A stretch of 64,000 bases of DNA from Squalus acanthias. Taxonomy: Eukaryota. A program made the position numbers and the translations under genes. Below the pieces are notes generated by a model. That model had not been told where the DNA came from. It did not search any database and was given only the letters and a program-made list of their open reading frames with translations. Positions 50,706 through 63,894 of the stretch are shown in pieces. Each line of letters opens with the position of its first letter. Positions within the stretch are counted from its first letter, which is position 1. The DNA lies in NCBI GenBank assembly GCA_030390025.1, contig CM059453.1, forward strand, positions 7,812,001 to 7,876,000. The letters run 5' to 3'.

Positions 50706-52369
50706 ATGGTTCTGAGCACGCATTCCCTGTCTCCCTCTTTCTCTGTCATATTCTCTCTCACAGCCTTTCTCTCTCTCACTCTTTATTCGGTAGAAAACCT
50801 AATAGGTAGCATGAAAATTTGATCTTAAGAAGCTGAGATTCTTGATGTAAATAGTGGCCTAATATTTATGTTATTAAATAGAGTGCAAGAACTCTATTTA
50901 ATAGTTACAGCAACAGGTGGTACTAGGAAGTTACCAGGTGCAGCAAATACTGTGAGAGTAATTATGTGGTGTAGAATTTGACATTGTCAGTGTCATAAAG
51001 AAATTAAGGGAACTGCTTAACTCAACAACAGGGTCGTGCTTAAGAAAACCAGCAAAAAGCACATAGCATACCTTCAAGGAGATAATAAAGATAAATACAT
51101 AACAAGAAATAGAAAATGCAAACTAATAATACAGTGTGAATGAAATCATTGCAATGTGGAATATCTTAGGTGTTGTTGGATGTAGGTTTGGGCGGAGAGG
51201 TGGGGGTGGAAATTATTCCCGAGACAGCAGAAAAATAAGCAATTTGCTCAGGAAACTGTAACGGATTTCAGATTTAGAACTGTGCAAATGGAAAAGAGTG
51301 AGTTGTTCAAACTGCACGAGGCTCATCCGAGGTGCTTTACTGAGATCTATAAGGTAATGTAGCGATTGATCACTGACCCCTTCATGGTAGCAGTGATACG
51401 GTCCTCTTATCTTCCAACTAATCTGAACTGATTCTGCTTCTTAATCAGGTGCGAAATGGGCCCAGTTTGAAGCTGGACTGTGTTCGAATGAGATGCCCGT
51501 TTGGATCCAGGATTTGATCCCACTGATCAATTTGCAGGGTTTTTTCCTGTAGATAAAAATATCCACATTGTTTCCAGCAGCATTGACCCTCCAATCTAAA
51601 TGCTCACGTCACACCTCACAGTTCTAGCACTAAAATCAGAATCTTCATAAACCCGTCATTGTAGCAACTCGGATCTCAATGAGTTAATTTCAGCAGATTT
51701 CATCTCGCTGCAGTGTCAGTATAAACAGCTGAAGTCACTTCTATAAATGGCACTTTACCCACTGGAAACTTTTTACTGATACACTTCTTTGTATCTTTTG
51801 GCATTTCAGATACGTGTTGTGTCCCCGAACTACTGAAGGTGATCAACCCACACGTCTGTAGACAACGGCTACAGGAATAACCACAGCTTCACACTTCAAA
51901 CACTCACAGTGCAAGGGCTGATAAATAGCTCAGTGTGTGGGAGTTGTGAGTCGGGGCTTCTAAAGCTGGTGGAGAGGCGATTTTAGATTTTGCAATCTAA
52001 AGTGTCACCGCCTGTCCTGTAACTGTACAGATGATGAGGGGTTCATCTCTGCTCAGGGTTAATCAGCAGTAACCGGGCCTCATCATATCGTGTAACTGAG
52101 GGCCAATCACTGATGCACACTGTCATATTCGAAGTGGCCCCAGATTTCCAGCAGTTTTGATCATCAACATTTGAGGAGTGGCGAAAGCTGTGTGAGCTAC
52201 CGTGGCTCTCAATGATTGGTGGGTGGCGAACAGCTGACCCCCTAATACTCTGATTCGATTCGCTATGGACTCCAGTCTATTACCGGCGAATGGAATCTAG
52301 AAACTTGATTAATTATATCTGAGATAAAAACAATTTCTGCCATTTTGACATCGTCAACCGCCTCCAGTC

Positions 52370-52412
52370 ATGAAGAGTATTACATTGATCTCCATTCTGA
52401 TATTTAGCGAAG
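52370..52412 (+). CDS. Gene C leader exon
   Basis: MKSITLISILIFSE + G|GTAAAA. Confidence 0.8.
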
Positions 52413-52806
52413 GTAAAATATTCATTTTAATAATTAATGTCAGAAGCGATTTCCATTCTGTGGCAAATTAATACGTTTATTGTTTGTGGAGATAGTACAT
52501 GTTTAGTTGATAATGTGCAAATTCCCGATTTGCGCATTTAATGTATATTTCATTCGAAAAATTATCTTATATTTTATAAGATTGATTTAATATTTACTCT
52601 CTGATTTATCGACTTTCAATGGAATACTTAATGGAATATGAAGAGTTTTAATGAAACTTTCTCGAGTTTTAATGGATGTATTAATGAATATGTTAGTGGA
52701 TGTTTAAAGATTAAATGAATAGTATTCAACTTGACGGTCAGGGTATGTATTAATTGCGATATTATTGCGGATTTCAATGTGTGTTTAATTTCTGTTTTTT
52801 CACCAG

Positions 52807-53187
52807 TTGTCCATAGTTCACGATGGTCTGTGAAGGTGCCGTGGAAGGTGTCGGCGGTGAGCGGATCATGTGCTGAGATCCCGTGTACATTTGATTATCC
52901 CGCCTCTGGCCGCAATCCAGGGTGTATGTGGTTAAAGGGGGGTCCTAAACCTGGTACCTCAGGGGTCTCGATTGTCTATGATTCCAGTGATGCAAACAAT
53001 AAAGACTATAACGATAGAGGACGAATTGAATTCACCGGCGATTTTCTGAAGAAACAATGTTCCTTACAGATTAATGTCACCAGGAAGAGCGATGCAGGTG
53101 ACTATTACTTCAGAGTGAAGATCACCACCGCCTGGAATATAACAGATCAATACGTTTCCAAATCTCCTGTCTCTCTTTCTATTTTAG
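52807..53187 (+). CDS. Gene C Siglec V-set exon
   Basis: 381 nt; DAGDYYFRV retained; 3 amino-acid differences from gene B. Confidence 0.92.
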
Positions 53188-54053
53188 GTAAGTGTTTTTA
53201 TTTGCTCCTGTTGTATTTTATATTCCATCTCCTCAGTGCCATTGAACTTACGACTAACATACCAATATTCCGAGTAATTGTTGGCCCATGTCACAGGATA
53301 CAGCGGCAGGACTGCTCCGCTGACTCTCACCCAGGTGTGTGTTATGTTTTGACTTGAACTGTAATAGGGCGCAGGCCTTCTTAATAACTTACAGAAGCTC
53401 CCTGGCAAGGCAAGAAGAATACTTTATCATACGAATATATTAAACTGCAGGTGGAGGAAATATACAGGTAGATGTGAAATTCTATGCAAAGGAAGCAGGT
53501 GGACCATTTGTGTAAATAGACTGCTTGATGTGGTGCCGAAGCGTTACGCCAACAGTGTCCCAGATTCTATCCCATGTCTGTGCTTGGGATAGAATCTAGG
53601 ACACGCTTAGTCTAATGACTCAGTGTCAGATCAAACAATTAATTTACCCAAAGCGGCATGGACGGGTTGAATTGTTGCTGATATTTGAAAGTTTCATTTT
53701 GCATTTTGAGCAATGCAGTGAGTGCGTGGTCAATAAATCACCTGACAATAATGTGAATTATTCACGTGATAAAGCGACTGACTATTAATTATACGAGTAC
53801 ATAAATGCTCCGATTGATTCTTTAACTCTAAGAACTTTTAGCATATTTCGATGCACCATAGCGCGGGAAAAAAACAGTAGAATGAATTCTTAAGGGGATA
53901 TTTTCTCAGTCTTTGGGCTGAATCACCTTGCACACCATTGGCCATTTTAAAATTGAAATCTACTGTAACGCGAATGTCCTTCTCTCCTTATTATAAACCA
54001 CGGATATCAGTCTCTGGGGAATTGATTGCTAGAAAACCAGTACACCTGACCTG

Positions 54054-54510
54054 TAGGCGGTTCACTAGATTTATTTCAGGGATGAGAGGGCTGTCGTATG
54101 ATGATAGGTTCTGAAGAATGGGCCTATAATCTCTGCGTTTAGAAGAATGCGAGGTGATCTCATTGAAACATGCAAAATCTGAAGGGGATTGACAGGGTAG
54201 ATGCTGAGAGGTTGTTTCCCCTGGCTGGATTGCCTAGAATTAGGGGGCATAGTCTCAGGATAAGGGGTAGGCCATATAAGTTGAAGATGAGCAGGAATTC
54301 TTCACTCAGAGGGTTGTGAATCTTTGGAATTCTCTGCTGTAGACTGCTGTGAATGCTGAGTTTCAAGGCTGAGGTGAATCAAGGGATATGGAGATCGGGT
54401 GGGAAAGTGGAGTTGAGGTCGATGATCAGCCATGATCTTACTGAATGGCGGAGCAGGCTCGAGGGGCCATATGGCCTACCCCTGCTCTTACTTTTTATAT
54501 TCTTATGTTA
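54054..54510 (+). mobile_element. CR1 3' end (inverted half of the element at 56440-57213)
   Basis: Starts at ..ggttcactaga, which follows ..ggaggcggtgcaac in CR1 ORF2. Confidence 0.85.
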
Positions 54511-54849
54511 TTAAATGTAATTATCAGTGCGGATGAGGAATATAAAATAATAGATGTGACAACTAAAGAAGAATATTGAAGTAAGATATAGTGGCTATCT
54601 TGCAATCTATTAATTCAAAATCCATTTCCTGATTTTTATGCCCTCGATCTTACGCTTATGTCAAACATACGCATTCCTTCTCCTCTTCTCTTCAACGATT
54701 TGAAGATGGATATGTTTTCCCGCATAATGTTCTATTCCACCGGTACATCAACCTCGTGGCAATTCCTACCAGATTAAGTACGGTGGACTTTCCCATGTCT
54801 TACACAGGGGTGCTGAGGCTAATTATAGAATCCAGACTAACGCCCCAGC

Positions 54850-55520
54850 TAAATTGTGCCACAGGTTAGCAAGGCCATGAAAAAAAACAAGCACTAGAGT
54901 TTATTTCGAGAGGGATAGAATTGAAAGGTATGGAGGTTATGCTAAACCTGTATCGAACATTGGTTAGGCCACACTTGGAGTACTGCATACAGTTCTGGTC
55001 ACCATATTATAAAAAGGATATCGAGGCACTGGCGAGGGTGCAGAGATTTACAAGGATGATACCAGAAATGCGAGGGTATACATATCAGGTAAGGATGAAC
55101 AGGCTGGGTCTCTTTTCTCTTGAAAAAAGAATGCTGAAGGGTGACCTAATAGTGGGCTTTAAAATTGTGGCAGGCTTTGATAGAGTCGATGCAGAGAGAA
55201 TGTTCCCACTTGTGGGGAAGAGCATAAATGGTGGTTATCAATATAAGATAGTCACCAAGAATTCCAATTGGGAATTCAGAAGAAATTTTTTACCCAGAGT
55301 GAGGTGAGAATGTGGAACTCGCTACCACAGGGAGTGGTTGAAGCGAATAGTAAAGATGCATTTAAGGGGTGGCTGGACAAGCATATGAGGGAGAAGGGAA
55401 TAGAGGGTTACGCTGATAGAATTTGATTAGGAAAGATAGGAGGAGGCTCGAGTGGAACATAAACGCCGGCATGGACTGGTTGGGCCCAATGATTTGTTTC
55501 TGTGCCGTATGTCCTATATA
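54850..55520 (+). mobile_element. CR1 3' fragment (inverted counterpart of 34720-35765, no HE1)
   Basis: ORF 54921-55307 LYRTLVRPHLEYCIQFWSP. Confidence 0.9.
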
Positions 55521-55811
55521 TGTACGTGAGTTAGCTCAGACCATGAATGGACTCTCCCTGGCCTGTATGTTCCAGTTACTCTGTGGCTGAAACGACATCA
55601 AACATTGGGAGCCTTTGCAATAAAATTTCAGGTAAACCCTGGAGCGACCAATATTACTCATGGGTCTGGGGTAAATGTCAAATAATGTGACTTACATGAA
55701 GCTTCGATTACTTGTTTATCCAGGCGCGCTATCACTATATTCAATATAAAGACATCTATTGAACCGGTTTATCAACAAGTTGGTTGAATGAAGCTTAGAG
55801 TAGGCACTTAC

Positions 55812-56123
55812 ATTTAATATCCGGTGTAAGAGTTGCTTGAACGGTAGCTGTGACACCGTCGGCTATAGGTTTACATCCCAGTTTCTTCCCATGATGGTCC
55901 GGTGATGGGCTGAAGTTAAAAGTGGATGAAACCTTCTGGGAACCCTCGACCTTGTCGCCATTTCCTTTTGAAGTTTTACTCTCTGGCAGAAAAGGAGGGA
56001 CAACTTAGTCATGAGTCCACATCAGTTCAAGGTTGGTGGACGGGCAACTGTGGGTGACTGAGCAGGTCAGGTGTACTGGTTTTCTAGCAATCAATTCCCC
56101 AGAGACTGATATCCGTGGTTTAT
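55812..56123 (-). pseudogene. Gene C domain-2 exon, inverted and inactivated
   Basis: 312-nt reverse complement of 34117-34428 with the same TAA and the same lost acceptor. Confidence 0.85.
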
Positions 56124-56439
56124 AATAAGGAGAGAAGGACATTCGCGTTACAGTAGATTTCAATTTTAAAATGGCCAATGGTGTGCAAGGTGATTCAGCC
56201 CAAAGTCTGAGAAAATATCCCCTTAAGAATACATTCTACTGTTTTTTTCTCGCGCTATGGTGCATCGAAATATGCTAAAAGTTCTTAGAGTTAAAGAATC
56301 AATCGGAGCATTTATGTACTCGTATAATTAATAGTCAGTCGCTTTATCACGTGAATAATTCACATTATTGTCAGGTGATTTATTGACCACGCACTCACTG
56401 CATTGCTCAAAATGCAAAATGAAACTTTCAAATATCAAT

Positions 56440-57213
56440 TTGTTGCACCGCCTCCAAGGCAAGTATATCCTTCCTTATTTAAGGAGAACAAAACTGTGCA
56501 CAGTACTCCAGGTGTGGTCTCACCAAAGCCCTGTACAATTGTAGCAAGACTTCCTTACTCTTATACTCCAACCCCCTTGCAATAAAGTCCAACAAGCCAT
56601 TTGCCTTCCTTATTGTTTGCTGTACCTGCATGCTAGCTTTCTGTGTTTCTTGCACGAGGCCACCAAAATATCTCTGAACACCAACATTTGAAATGTTCTC
56701 ATCAGTTAAAATATATTCTGCTTTTCTATTCTTCCTAGCAAAGTGAATAACCTCACATTTCCCTACATTATACTCCATCTGCCACCTTACTGCCCACACA
56801 CTTAGTCTATCTATATCTCTTTGCAGACTCTTTGTGTTCTCCTCACAGCTTACTGTCCCAACTAGCTTTGTATCATCAGCAAACTTGGATACATTACACT
56901 CGGACCCTTCATCTTGGTCATTAATATAGATTGTAAATAGCTGAGACCCCAACACTGATCCTTGTGGCCCCACACTAGTTACAGCCTGCCAACCTGAAAA
57001 AGATCCGTTTATCCCTACTCTCTGTTTTCTGTTCGTTTACCACTCCTCTATCCATGCTATTATATTACCCCCAATCCCGTGAGCCCTAATCTTGTGTAAT
57101 AACCTTTTATGTGGCACCTTATCGAATGCCTTTTGGAAATCCAAATATACTACATCCACTGCTTCCCCTTATCTATCCTGCTAGTTACATCCTCAAAAAA
57201 CTCGAATAAATTT
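56440..57213 (-). mobile_element. CR1 RT fragment
   Basis: ORF 56479-56973 PQGSVLG..KFADDTKL..RPHLEYC. Confidence 0.9.
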
Positions 57214-57246
57214 GTCATTCAGAACCAATGACCTCATCTCTTGCAG

Positions 57247-57504
57247 ATGCCCCACAAAAACCGTTCATCAATTTCTCTATAGCGGCAGTGGAAGGGAGTT
57301 TGTTATGGTTATACTGCACGACCCGGGAGATCATACCGGGCAACTTAACGTTGGTCCGAAATGGTGAAGAGATCAGCACGTCTTCCACAGGTGAACTGAA
57401 GCACATATTCCATAACATTAGTTCTGAAGATAACGGTGAATATTGGTGCGTGGCTGACAATAACTTGGGCAAAGCGAACAGCTCCACACAGATTTCTGTA
57501 CAAT
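57247..57504 (+). CDS. Gene C Ig exon D3
   Basis: 258 nt, phase 1-1; EGSLLWLYC..EDNGEYWCVADNNLG. Confidence 0.88.
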
Positions 57505-57964
57505 GTAAGTGCTGTGTCAATCTATCAAATGTATATTGGGACATTAATCCGTCTTACAGTGATTAGGCATCGGTGTTGTTTTCCCCCAGTGTTCACATAA
57601 CTGTCTCAAAATCCGTCAGTTAGATTGTCAGAATAGTCAGTAAAAGAAGGAGAGTTGAACCCAATTCTTGGAGTAAACGACACTGTTGAAAAAACAACTG
57701 GAGACCCCAATACAAAACTCAAGTTGAATGTATCTCTGATTGGCTAAAACCAACTGAATGATTAATTGGGAAGATTTTCTGCTCGGCCGACTGAACCCAG
57801 TGGCCAGGAAGTATCGGAACATTTTAGTCCATCACAAAGGTAGAAATGTATAACGTTAACTAAAGACACAAACTGAGCAGAAGCTATTGAGGTGTTCACC
57901 AGAAATGACATGTTGGAGGAGTTAGTCGGGTTTATTTCTAAGATTGTAATTCTGGATGCCTCAC

Positions 57965-58430
57965 AACATAAGAACATAAGAATTAGCATCAGGAGTTGGC
58001 AATTCGGCTCCACGAGCCTGCTCCGCCATTCAATATGATCATGCCTGATTTTCGATCTCATCCCAACTTTCCTGCACTATCCCCATATCGCCAGATTACC
58101 CTCGAGTCCAAAAATCTAAGAGGTCTCACCTTTAAAATACTCAACGATTCAGCATCCACAGCCATCTGGGGTAGAGAATTCCAAAAATTCACAATCCTCT
58201 GAATGAAGAAGTTCCTCCTCATCTCAGTCTTAAATGGCTTCCACTTATCCTGAGACTGTGCCCCCTGGTTCTAGACTCTCCAGCCAGGGGAAGCACACTC
58301 TCAGCATCTAACCTGTCAATCCCCCTCAGAATAACTTGTTTCAATGCGATCACCTCACATTCTTCTAATACTCCAGCTCGTATAGGCTCATTCTACTCAA
58401 TCTCTCCTCAAAGGACAACCGTCTCATCCC
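57965..58430 (-). mobile_element. CR1 3' fragment
   Basis: Uninterrupted counterpart of the element split in genes A and B. Confidence 0.8.
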
Positions 58431-58681
58431 ACATGTTGTTCCAGGAAATATAGCGATCAATTGACTGCTTGACGCAATGTTAAACCTGATTTATTGCCTT
58501 GCCAGAGACTAGGGAAAAGAAAGTCTGATGAAGCCTTAAATGAATGTAAGATTTAATGGTTCTGATCGAGCTCGTTATGCGCAGTGACCTCTCTTCTTAA
58601 TCTAAACGCCGAAATTGGTTCTACTTTGGCGCTGCAAACTGCTGTATGGAAACTATCTCAATTTGACTTCACTTTTTTTAG

Positions 58682-58969
58682 ATAAACCCAAAATAGTATC
58701 AGGCCCGACCTGCACCAGCTCTGAGAGTGGGATTCATTGTAACTGCAGTGTCGGAGCCAAGCCCCCAGCAAACATCACCTGGGGCATCAATGGAATAAAC
58801 ATCACCGCGAACAGTTCAGATATCCAAATCTTCTCCTTGGAGTTGAATAGTCACCTGGTGCAGAGCTCCCTGACACTGACTCACCCAAATGGAACTGGAC
58901 ACCGGATCTCATGTTTTGGAGTAAACGAGCATGGCGTTACTGTCGGCAAATACCAGCTCCAATCTGGAG
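58682..58969 (+). CDS. Gene C membrane-proximal Ig exon (D4)
   Basis: 288 nt; HCNCSVGAKPPANITW..ISCFGVNEHG. Confidence 0.9.
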
Positions 58970-59429
58970 GTAAATACTAAATTTTCCTGTAATATAAGTA
59001 CTGCGAACGGTTTGGTCCATCACCTGTCAGTGACTAACTGAACGGTGTTAATGTGAACAAATAACAGTTCCATTCGACAGCTGCATGCCAAATCCAAGTA
59101 CTTTAAGTCTGATCCATTGGATATTTGAAGCATTGTATGGTCTGGCCAAAAACTCATTGAATGTTGCGATGGGAATATTGAATGCATTTTAAATCTGTCT
59201 CTCATTTCCGGGTGTGTTTCTTGTCGCCTTTTTTTTCTCACGATTGTAAGGGATTAAAATATAACATTAGAAGTAGCGCGCAATCGTTAATACAACAGAA
59301 CCTTCTGAATCAATTTAGCCCTTTGCGAATTCAGGTGTCCTCTCACTCTAACGGAAGCCGGCAGCAGTCTATCATTTAATTGAACATTTGCACAATTTTA
59401 GTATCGATTTCTGATGTAGGATACACTTG

Positions 59430-59930
59430 TCTTAGAGGCGGTTCACTAGATTGATTCCTGAGATGAGAGGGCTGTCCTATGAGGAGAGTTTGAGTAGATT
59501 GGCCCGACACTCTCTGAAGATTAGAAGAATGAGAGGTGATCTCATTGACACATATAAGGTTCGGAGGCGATTGACAGGGTAGTTGCTGAAAGGTTGCTTT
59601 CCCTGGCTTGAGAGTCCAGAACTAGCGTGCATAGTCTCAGGATAAAGCGTGAGCCACGTAAGACTGAGATGAGGAGGAATTTATTCACTCAGAGGGTTGT
59701 GAATCTTTGGAATTCTCTACCCCAGACGGTTGTGGATGCTGAGTCGTTGAGTATATTCAAGGCTGGGATCGATAGATTTTTGGACTGCAGATGAATTAAG
59801 GGATATGGAGTTTGGGGAGGGAGTGGAGCTGCGATCGAAAGTCAGCCATTAACTTATTGAATGGCGAGCAGGTTGGAGGGGCCGTAGCACCGATTCCTGG
59901 TCCTAATTCATATGTTCTTTTGTTCTCATG
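59430..59930 (+). mobile_element. CR1 3' fragment
   Basis: Typical CR1 ORF2 end and 3' UTR. Confidence 0.8.
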
Positions 59931-60319
59931 AACTTGCTAGTTTTGAATATTTAGTCCAATGTGTCCACCTCGCTCAATAAAACACATTTTGGAGCTAGTT
60001 CAGATTGCCCCTGGATGGTTGTCATGGAGATATTATGAGAAGATAACATGAGATAATCCTGAAAATTGAACCAGCATATTTGGGATAATTGAAAGTGCAG
60101 ATGCTAGATTGATTTGAAGTATTGGATAGCAGGCGAACAGATCCGAGTGTGTAGCGAGGATATAGGCAGGCTGTCGGTGTTATACCTGGAAACATATATT
60201 TAGTCAGATCATTAATCACAAGCTTTCAAGGTGGCTGGTCCCATGCAATTCAAACACTGTATCGTATGAAGAGGAATCGCTAGTTCTTTAAGGCCCAATT
60301 TTGCAAAACTTCTCAGTTA

Positions 60320-60680
60320 GAATCATAGAAATTTACGGCACAGAAGGAGACCATTCGGCCAATCGTATCTGTGGCGGACGAAAAAGAGCTATCCAGCCCG
60401 ATCCCACTTTCCAGTTCTTGGTCCGTAGCTTTGCAGGTTACGGTGCTTCAAGTGCATATCCAAGAATTTTTTTAATGCTATTAGGGTTTTTGCCTCTATC
60501 ACTCTTTCAGGCAGTGAGTTTCATTTCCCCAGAACCTTCTGGGTGAAATAGGTTCCATTAAATCCCCTCTAATCCTTCTACCAATTACTTTAAATCTATG
60601 CCCCCGGGTTATTGACCCCTCACCTAAGGGAAATAGGTCCTTCCTATCCATTCTTTCAAGGATCCACATAATTTTATACA
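60320..60680 (-). mobile_element. CR1 3' fragment
   Basis: DLFPLGEGSITRGHRFK. Confidence 0.8.
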
Positions 60681-60784
60681 CGAAAAATTTGCATTAACTG
60701 AATCAACATGTGTTACCAATTCTGAGATGTGGACCAGGTATTGTTTATTTACATTTTCTTATTTTGATTTCTTTTGAACTTAAC

Positions 60785-62270
60785 ATAGGGGAGGTACCAG
60801 AGGACTGGAGAACAGCTAACGTTGTACCATTATTCAAGAAGGGTAGTAGGAATAAACCAGGGAATTTACAGGCCAGTGAGCCTACCATCAGTGGTAGGGA
60901 AATTATTGGAAAAAATTCTGAGGGACAGAATTAGTCTACACTTAGAGAGGCAAGGATTAATGAAAGATAGTCAGCATGGCCCTTTCAGGGGCAGATCATG
61001 TCTAACCAATTTGATTGAATTTTTCGAGGGGGTGACTCGGTGTGTGGATGAGGGTAGTGCAGTTGATGTAGTCTATATGGACTTCAGTAAGGGTTTTGAC
61101 AAAGTCCCACATGGGAGACTGCTCAAGAAGCTAAGAGCCCATGGGGATCCAGGGCAATTTGGCACATTTCATCTAAAATTTGCTTAGTGGCAGGAGGCAG
61201 AAGGTGATGGACGAAGGTTGTTTTTGTGACTGGAAGCCTGTGTCCAGTGGTGTACCGCAGGGATCGGTGTTGGGTCCCTTGCTGTTTGTAGTGTACATTA
61301 ATGAATTAGATATGAATTCATGAGGTATGATCAGTAAGTTCGCAGATGACACGAACATTGCTGGTGTGGTTAATAGCGAGGAGGGAAGCCTCAGGCTACA
61401 GGACGATATAGACGAGTTGGTCAGATGGGTAGAACATTGGCAAATTGAATTTAAACCTGAAAAGTGCGAGGTGATGTATTTTGGGAGGACTAACAATGCA
61501 AAAGAATAAACAATGAATGGTAGCACCCTAGGAAGGACAGAGGATCAGAGGGACCTTGGTGTGCTTGTACATAGATCCCTGAAAGCAGCAGGACAGTTAG
61601 ATAAGGTGGTTAAGAAGGCATATGGGATAATTGCCTTCATTAGCTGAGCCATAGAATATAAGAGGAGGGAGGCATGATGGAGCTGTAAAAAACGTTAGTT
61701 GGGCCACAGCTGGAATATTGTGTGCAGTTCTGGTCGCCTCACTATAGGAAGGATATGATTGCATTAGAGAGGGTGCAGAGGAGATTCACCAGGATGTTAC
61801 CTGGGCTGGAGCGTTTCAGCTATGGAGAGACTGGACAGGCTGGGGTTGTTTTTCTTAGAGGAGTGAAGGCTGAAGGCGGACCTGATTCAGGTGTCCAAAA
61901 TTATGAGGGGCATAAATAGCGTAGATAGAAAGTAACTTTCCCCCTTAGTAGAGGGTTCACTAACCAGGGGACATAGTTTCAAGGTCAGGGGCAGGAGGAT
62001 TAGAGGGGATTTGAGGGAAAACTTTTCCACTCAGAGGGTGGTTGGAATCTGGAACTCACTGCCTGAAAGGGTGGTAGAGGCAGGAACCCTCACAACATTC
62101 AAGAAGCATTTAGACGAGCACTTGAAACGCCATTGCATACAAGGCTACGGACCAAGTGCTGGAAAATGGGATTAGAATAGACAGGGCTTGATGGCCGGCG
62201 CGGACCCGATGGGGCAAAGGGCCTCTTTCTGTGCTGCATAACTCTATGACTCTATGAGTATGACTCTATA
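60785..62270 (+). mobile_element. 5'-truncated CR1 LINE (RT)
   Basis: PEDWRTANVVPLFKKG, YMDFSKGFDKVPH, KFADDT; (actctatg)n tail. Confidence 0.92.
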
Positions 62271-62648
62271 TAGGACAGCAATCATAAGACAATTAGTTCA
62301 AATTTACACAGGGGACAAAACCATTGCTGAAATTCAGTGTCAGTCTGTGGAAGGAGAAATCATTTCAAATGATGCCCTCTCTGTGTTCAGTGAACATTGC
62401 CCATTAAATGAATAAAATACAATAAGGATTTGTAGGGAGATTAGATTTGGGGTCATTTCCAAGTCGTCCATCTTCAGATTGCCGGGTCAGAGTCCTGTCT
62501 GTTTAGGAATAGATAGAAATACTGAACTCTTACTTTTAAGTAGAGAATTTCTAGAAAACTTGCCTGCACAAGCTGACAAAAGTTATCCTAAAACCATGAT
62601 GTAATCTTAGAGCAATAATAAACAGCAAAGTCTTTTTGAATATTTTAG

Positions 62649-62733
62649 GAACATTTCCCTGGGAAATTGTCATCCCAATATTAGCAGCCGCCGGAGTTAT
62701 CCTGCTGATCCTGATCGTGGTGATGGTGCACAG
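62649..62733 (+). CDS. Gene C transmembrane exon (no charged residue in the hydrophobic span)
   Basis: ttttAG|GA..AG|GTATG; GTFPWEIVIPILAAAGVILLILIVVMVHR; flanks homologous to TM exons of A and B. Confidence 0.85.
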
Positions 62734-63129
62734 GTATGTGTGGTTCATAATTACTTAAACTATTGTGTCAATCACAGATTTGATAGGGGCCATGACATCA
62801 GGATATCTGCCTGTGAGAAACTATTGTTTCAAATAATTATCCCATGAGAGCATTGACCCTGAACCTCAGCTAAGATTTGTAAAGGGGAGGATTAAAGAAG
62901 TCAAGTGCTTCTGTGCCGCAAGTCCGGAAGTGCGAAAGGCTCATCTGCCCCTGGTCGCTCTATGGCCAGTCTATCGCTGTTCTATCGCCGGCCTATCGCT
63001 TCTCCCAGCACCAGTAACACCAGAATAGTGGTTGTCTAGCCTTTGCCCCAGTAGCTTAAGCTTCCATGTCCAACGCTTTTGCGTTCAAGCATCAAAACAA
63101 AACATGAGCACCACATCTAGTCCGACATT

Positions 63130-63460
63130 GTGGTGGAGTGCGGCATTGTTGGAGATGCCGTCTTTCAAACAAACATTAAATCAGAAACACCATCTGCCTG
63201 CTCAAGCGGATGTGAAAGATCCCATGATAATATTGGTTGAAGAGCAGTGAAGTTCTCCCTGTGTCACGGCAAACATATATCCCCCAATCACTCCAGAAAA
63301 GATGTTTAACTCTTCATTTGGTTTATTGTTGTTTATGGGATATTGCTGTGCTCAAAATGGCTTCCATGTTTGTCTATAAAACTAGATTCAAGTAATAATT
63401 AATTGGCTGTGGAATGCTTTGCGAAGATCCTGAGGTAAAGGCACAATATAATTGAAAGTT
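63130..63460 (+). mobile_element. SacSINE1-like DeuSINE
   Basis: gatgtgaaagatcccatg..gaagagcag core and degenerate tail. Confidence 0.65.
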
Positions 63461-63894
63461 TATTATCCTGGATTTGTCCTTTAACAGCCAACCAACAACT
63501 TGCATTCCTATAACATCTTGTAGGAACAGGTGCAAGGGCTTCACAAGGGAGCATAACTCGGACACGAATTTAAAGAAGCTGATGTAATGAACAGTGATTA
63601 AAATATTGGTCAGAGACGTGGGGTTTAAGGTGGGGCTGAATGTTGCAGAGGGAAGTGGAGCCGCGGTGGAGACGAAGGAGATGTTTCCAGAGTGTGTGGG
63701 CTGAGTGATGGAAGGCACGGCCGCCAATGGAGGGTAATCTTAAGGGGCAAAAAGAGGCTGGAATTACAACATCGGAGATTTTGAACCGGTGCCGATTGTT
63801 GTAGGGCCAGAGGCCGTTACAGAGGCAGAGTGGGGGCCATTGATAGATTTATAAAAATATTAATCTCTTCAATGGTAAGAAAGTAATGAAATGA

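Larger units (their letters stand above)
17620..54050 (+). repeat. ~20-kb tandem segmental duplication: ~17620-34170 vs ~37297-54053
   Basis: Collinear throughout with offset 19.7-19.9 kb (21057/40725, 22323/41991, 32494/52370), with many substitutions and indels. Confidence 0.95.
53679..56437. repeat. Inversion with 375-bp inverted duplication (53679-54053 / 56063-56437)
   Basis: 54520-56437 is the reverse complement of gene B ~33803-36090; the two arms are near identical. Confidence 0.9.

Noticed and set aside
17620-54050. Duplications as haplotype or assembly artefacts
   Set aside because: Copies differ by many substitutions, indels and copy-specific insertions; raw reads would be the final check.
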